Source: Bacteroidota bacterium (GTDB taxonomy: Bacteria > Bacteroidota > Ignavibacteria > UBA10030 > UBA8401). Taken from it: 54,416 nucleotides of DNA. The position numbers were made by a program, and so were the translations under genes. Below the pieces are notes generated by a model. It searched no databases, was not told where the DNA came from, and worked only from the letters and a program-made list of their open reading frames with translations. The DNA lies in NCBI GenBank assembly GCA_020052095.1, contig JAGVPT010000219.1:1-54416 (forward strand). Direction: 5' to 3'. Positions 53,055-54,416 of this stretch are shown here, one piece after another; position 1 is the stretch's first letter, and each line of letters opens with the position of its first letter.

Positions 53055-53110
53055 CGCCTGTCACCCAGGAAGTCGTCCCGAATAGTCGGGAAGTCTGGTT
53101 TATCCGCCGC
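53055..53110 (+). repeat. tRNA-Asp-derived hairpin repeat, copy 5 (retains the anticodon loop CTGTCAC)
   Basis: GCCTGTCACCCAGGAAGTCG matches the tRNA GCCTGTCACGCAGGAAGTCG at 19 of 20 positions. It is followed by the TCCCGAATAGTCGGGA hairpin and AGTCTGGTTTATCCGCCGC. Confidence 0.8.
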
Positions 53111-53162
53111 TTACCGTTACTCCATCTCCATCGGCTGCATTTGCTTTGACTACACCATGTAT

Positions 53163-53608
53163 CTAGACACCCATGCTCGCTCCGTATCCGTCGTTGCTGA
53201 ATGTGTTGTTAGGTACGGCGCTGTTCAGCGTAATTGCGGTGTCAGAGTCCAATTCATTCACCGTCAGTGCATTGAACGTCGTCGCTCCGATTATTGACGC
53301 AGCAGCGGTGATTGTCAACACAACGGTTGAAGTTCCTGCAGAAAAGGTGCCGTTGTTCGTCCAATTTCCGAAGAGGACAATATTTGCCGAACCGCCGGCC
53401 CACATAACAATCTGCCTTGCCTGCTCGTCGAATGGTTCACGCCGAGCTCCATCATCGGCAGCGTGGCTCCTGCATCAGATGCTATCGAGCGCTGTTCTGT
53501 AATGAAACATGGGCCTGCGACGATAGCCATTTTTGAAGTCACCCCTTGCTGCTTTTGTTGATCATAACCCTCTCTTAACCATTCGAAAAATAAAATAGAT
53601 CGCTGCAT
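53163..53608 (-). pseudogene. Possible frameshifted fragment of a beta-helix/adhesin-type gene
   Basis: Two overlapping minus-strand ORFs lie in different frames. The 80-aa ORF reads GGSANIVLFGNWTNNGTFSAGTSTVVLT ... GATTFNALTVN, typical of repetitive surface proteins. There is no signal peptide and no full-length frame. Confidence 0.3.
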
Positions 53609-53986
53609 TACTTAAAGTACCGGATCACGTATTTTCCGTAAATGTGATGCAGACACGAGATGCCCGGCGTTCAAACAGTTAATTTCGCGATATCCAATCG
53701 TTGTTTGGACGAAAACGGACCAGATGAGGTGGTAGCGGCCGCATCAGGATCTGGGGAAAAGGGGCACGGATGTGATCATACATCAGCAGCAACGTTCAAG
53801 AAGAACCTCTATAATGGGGTCGTTCTCTAAAACAGATGGTTTCTTCATAATATCGACTGATTCGCAATTCACGGAGAAGGCAGAAATATCCGTCCGCGGT
53901 AATTCTAATGAACTCGTTTAAAAGCGCGCGCAAAGTGCGAATTCCGGATCGGGACGGTTTCATCAATTGTTTTCAAAAAAAGTACT

Positions 53987-54070
53987 TGACTCGAGCAGGA
54001 AAATTCGCTAAAATATAAACATTTACATGTCCAATGTAAACGCTTACATATGGCATGTAAACGCTTACAA
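53987..54070 (+). promoter_or_regulatory. Sigma-70-type promoter followed by two LacI/cre-type operator palindromes
   Basis: TTGACT (53987-53992), a 17-nt spacer, then TAAAAT (54010-54015). TGTAAACGCTTACA occurs at 54036-54049 and again at 54057-54070 (21-bp spacing), matching the cre-like consensus TGWAANCGNTNWCA. A third partial palindrome, TTTACAT-N5-ATGTAAA, lies at 54023-54041. Confidence 0.6.
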
Positions 54071-54207
54071 TTATTTTAGAAAATGAGGATAGTCATGTCG
54101 TACAGCGACATCCACAGAGAGATTCTTCGCCGCGCCTGATGTAAGCACCTGATAAAAAATTGCTCTACCTAATCAATTTTCTAATAACAACACCTATGGA
54201 GGTTTCT

Positions 54208-54416
54208 ATGAGAAATTTTGTGATCAAGATTTCTATCCCTCTCTTTATCGTCATTCTCTGCTTGGGTTTGACGATGAAAGTTCAAGCTCAATTCGACGAT
54301 CCGGCCTCGGTTACTGCAAAGAACGCAGCTAGTGCCGTGGTACTAGATGGAAAGCTTGATGAAGCGGATTGGGCCACAACCCCAACGTTACTGTTTGGTC
54401 CCGGTGCGTTTTTGAA
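54208..54416 (+). CDS. Secreted protein, 5' partial at window end (CBM9-like N-terminus)
   Basis: ATG 54208 is preceded by GGAGG. Signal peptide MRNFVIKISIPLFIVILCLGLTMKVQAQ. LDGKLDEADWA resembles the start of family-9 carbohydrate-binding modules. The reading frame is open to the end of the window. Confidence 0.5.
   Translation, partial: MRNFVIKISIPLFIVILCLGLTMKVQAQFDDPASVTAKNAASAVVLDGKLDEADWATTPTLLFGPGAFL

Overview
This 54.4-kb window is probably from an FCB-superphylum bacterium (Ignavibacteria/Bacteroidota-like). That is an inference from three near-identical 'NYPNPFNPxTTI' T9SS C-terminal sorting domains, a PorV-like barrel and a SusC-type TonB receptor. I support about 35 CDS, one tRNA-Asp(GTC), and several repeat and hairpin families.

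Gene content, left to right:
- a Rieske-flavoprotein fusion
- an MltD-like lytic transglycosylase with 5 LysM domains
- two giant T9SS cargo proteins carrying cohesin/dockerin-like modules
- a six-gene, same-strand outer-membrane cluster: two secreted proteins, a lipoprotein, a TonB-dependent receptor, a PorV-like barrel and an NHL lipoprotein
- an ECF transporter operon ending in a flavin reductase
- an acyl-CoA synthetase gene remnant
- two tandem PAP2 phosphatases
- a 2xPDZ protein and a Lon-related protease
- phosphofructokinase
- a URO-D-family gene followed by a CUT2 sugar ABC transporter
- a REP-associated tyrosine transposase (RAYT) between REP-containing direct repeats
- a GH38 alpha-mannosidase
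- tRNA-Asp, followed by a repeat-rich segment holding a hypothetical outer-membrane-like protein, a BNR/Ycf48-like propeller lipoprotein, a class II Fic protein and an M16 peptidase
- a promoter with two LacI/cre-type operators ahead of a partial CBM9-like gene

Most interesting observations:
1. The SusD-less T9SS/TonB/PorV-like cluster, whose non-barrel genes I could not assign a function by eye.
2. A family of at least 5 pseudo-tRNA elements derived from the 3' part of tRNA-Asp, with hairpins inserted in place of the T-arm.
3. A conserved ~85-nt noncoding element, present twice, with promoter-like upstream boxes and a stem kept by a G-U substitution.
4. Inverted arrays of a heptanucleotide repeat covering the start of the PorV-like gene.
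5. The RAYT/REP unit.

All functional calls rest on motif recognition by eye. No searches were run.
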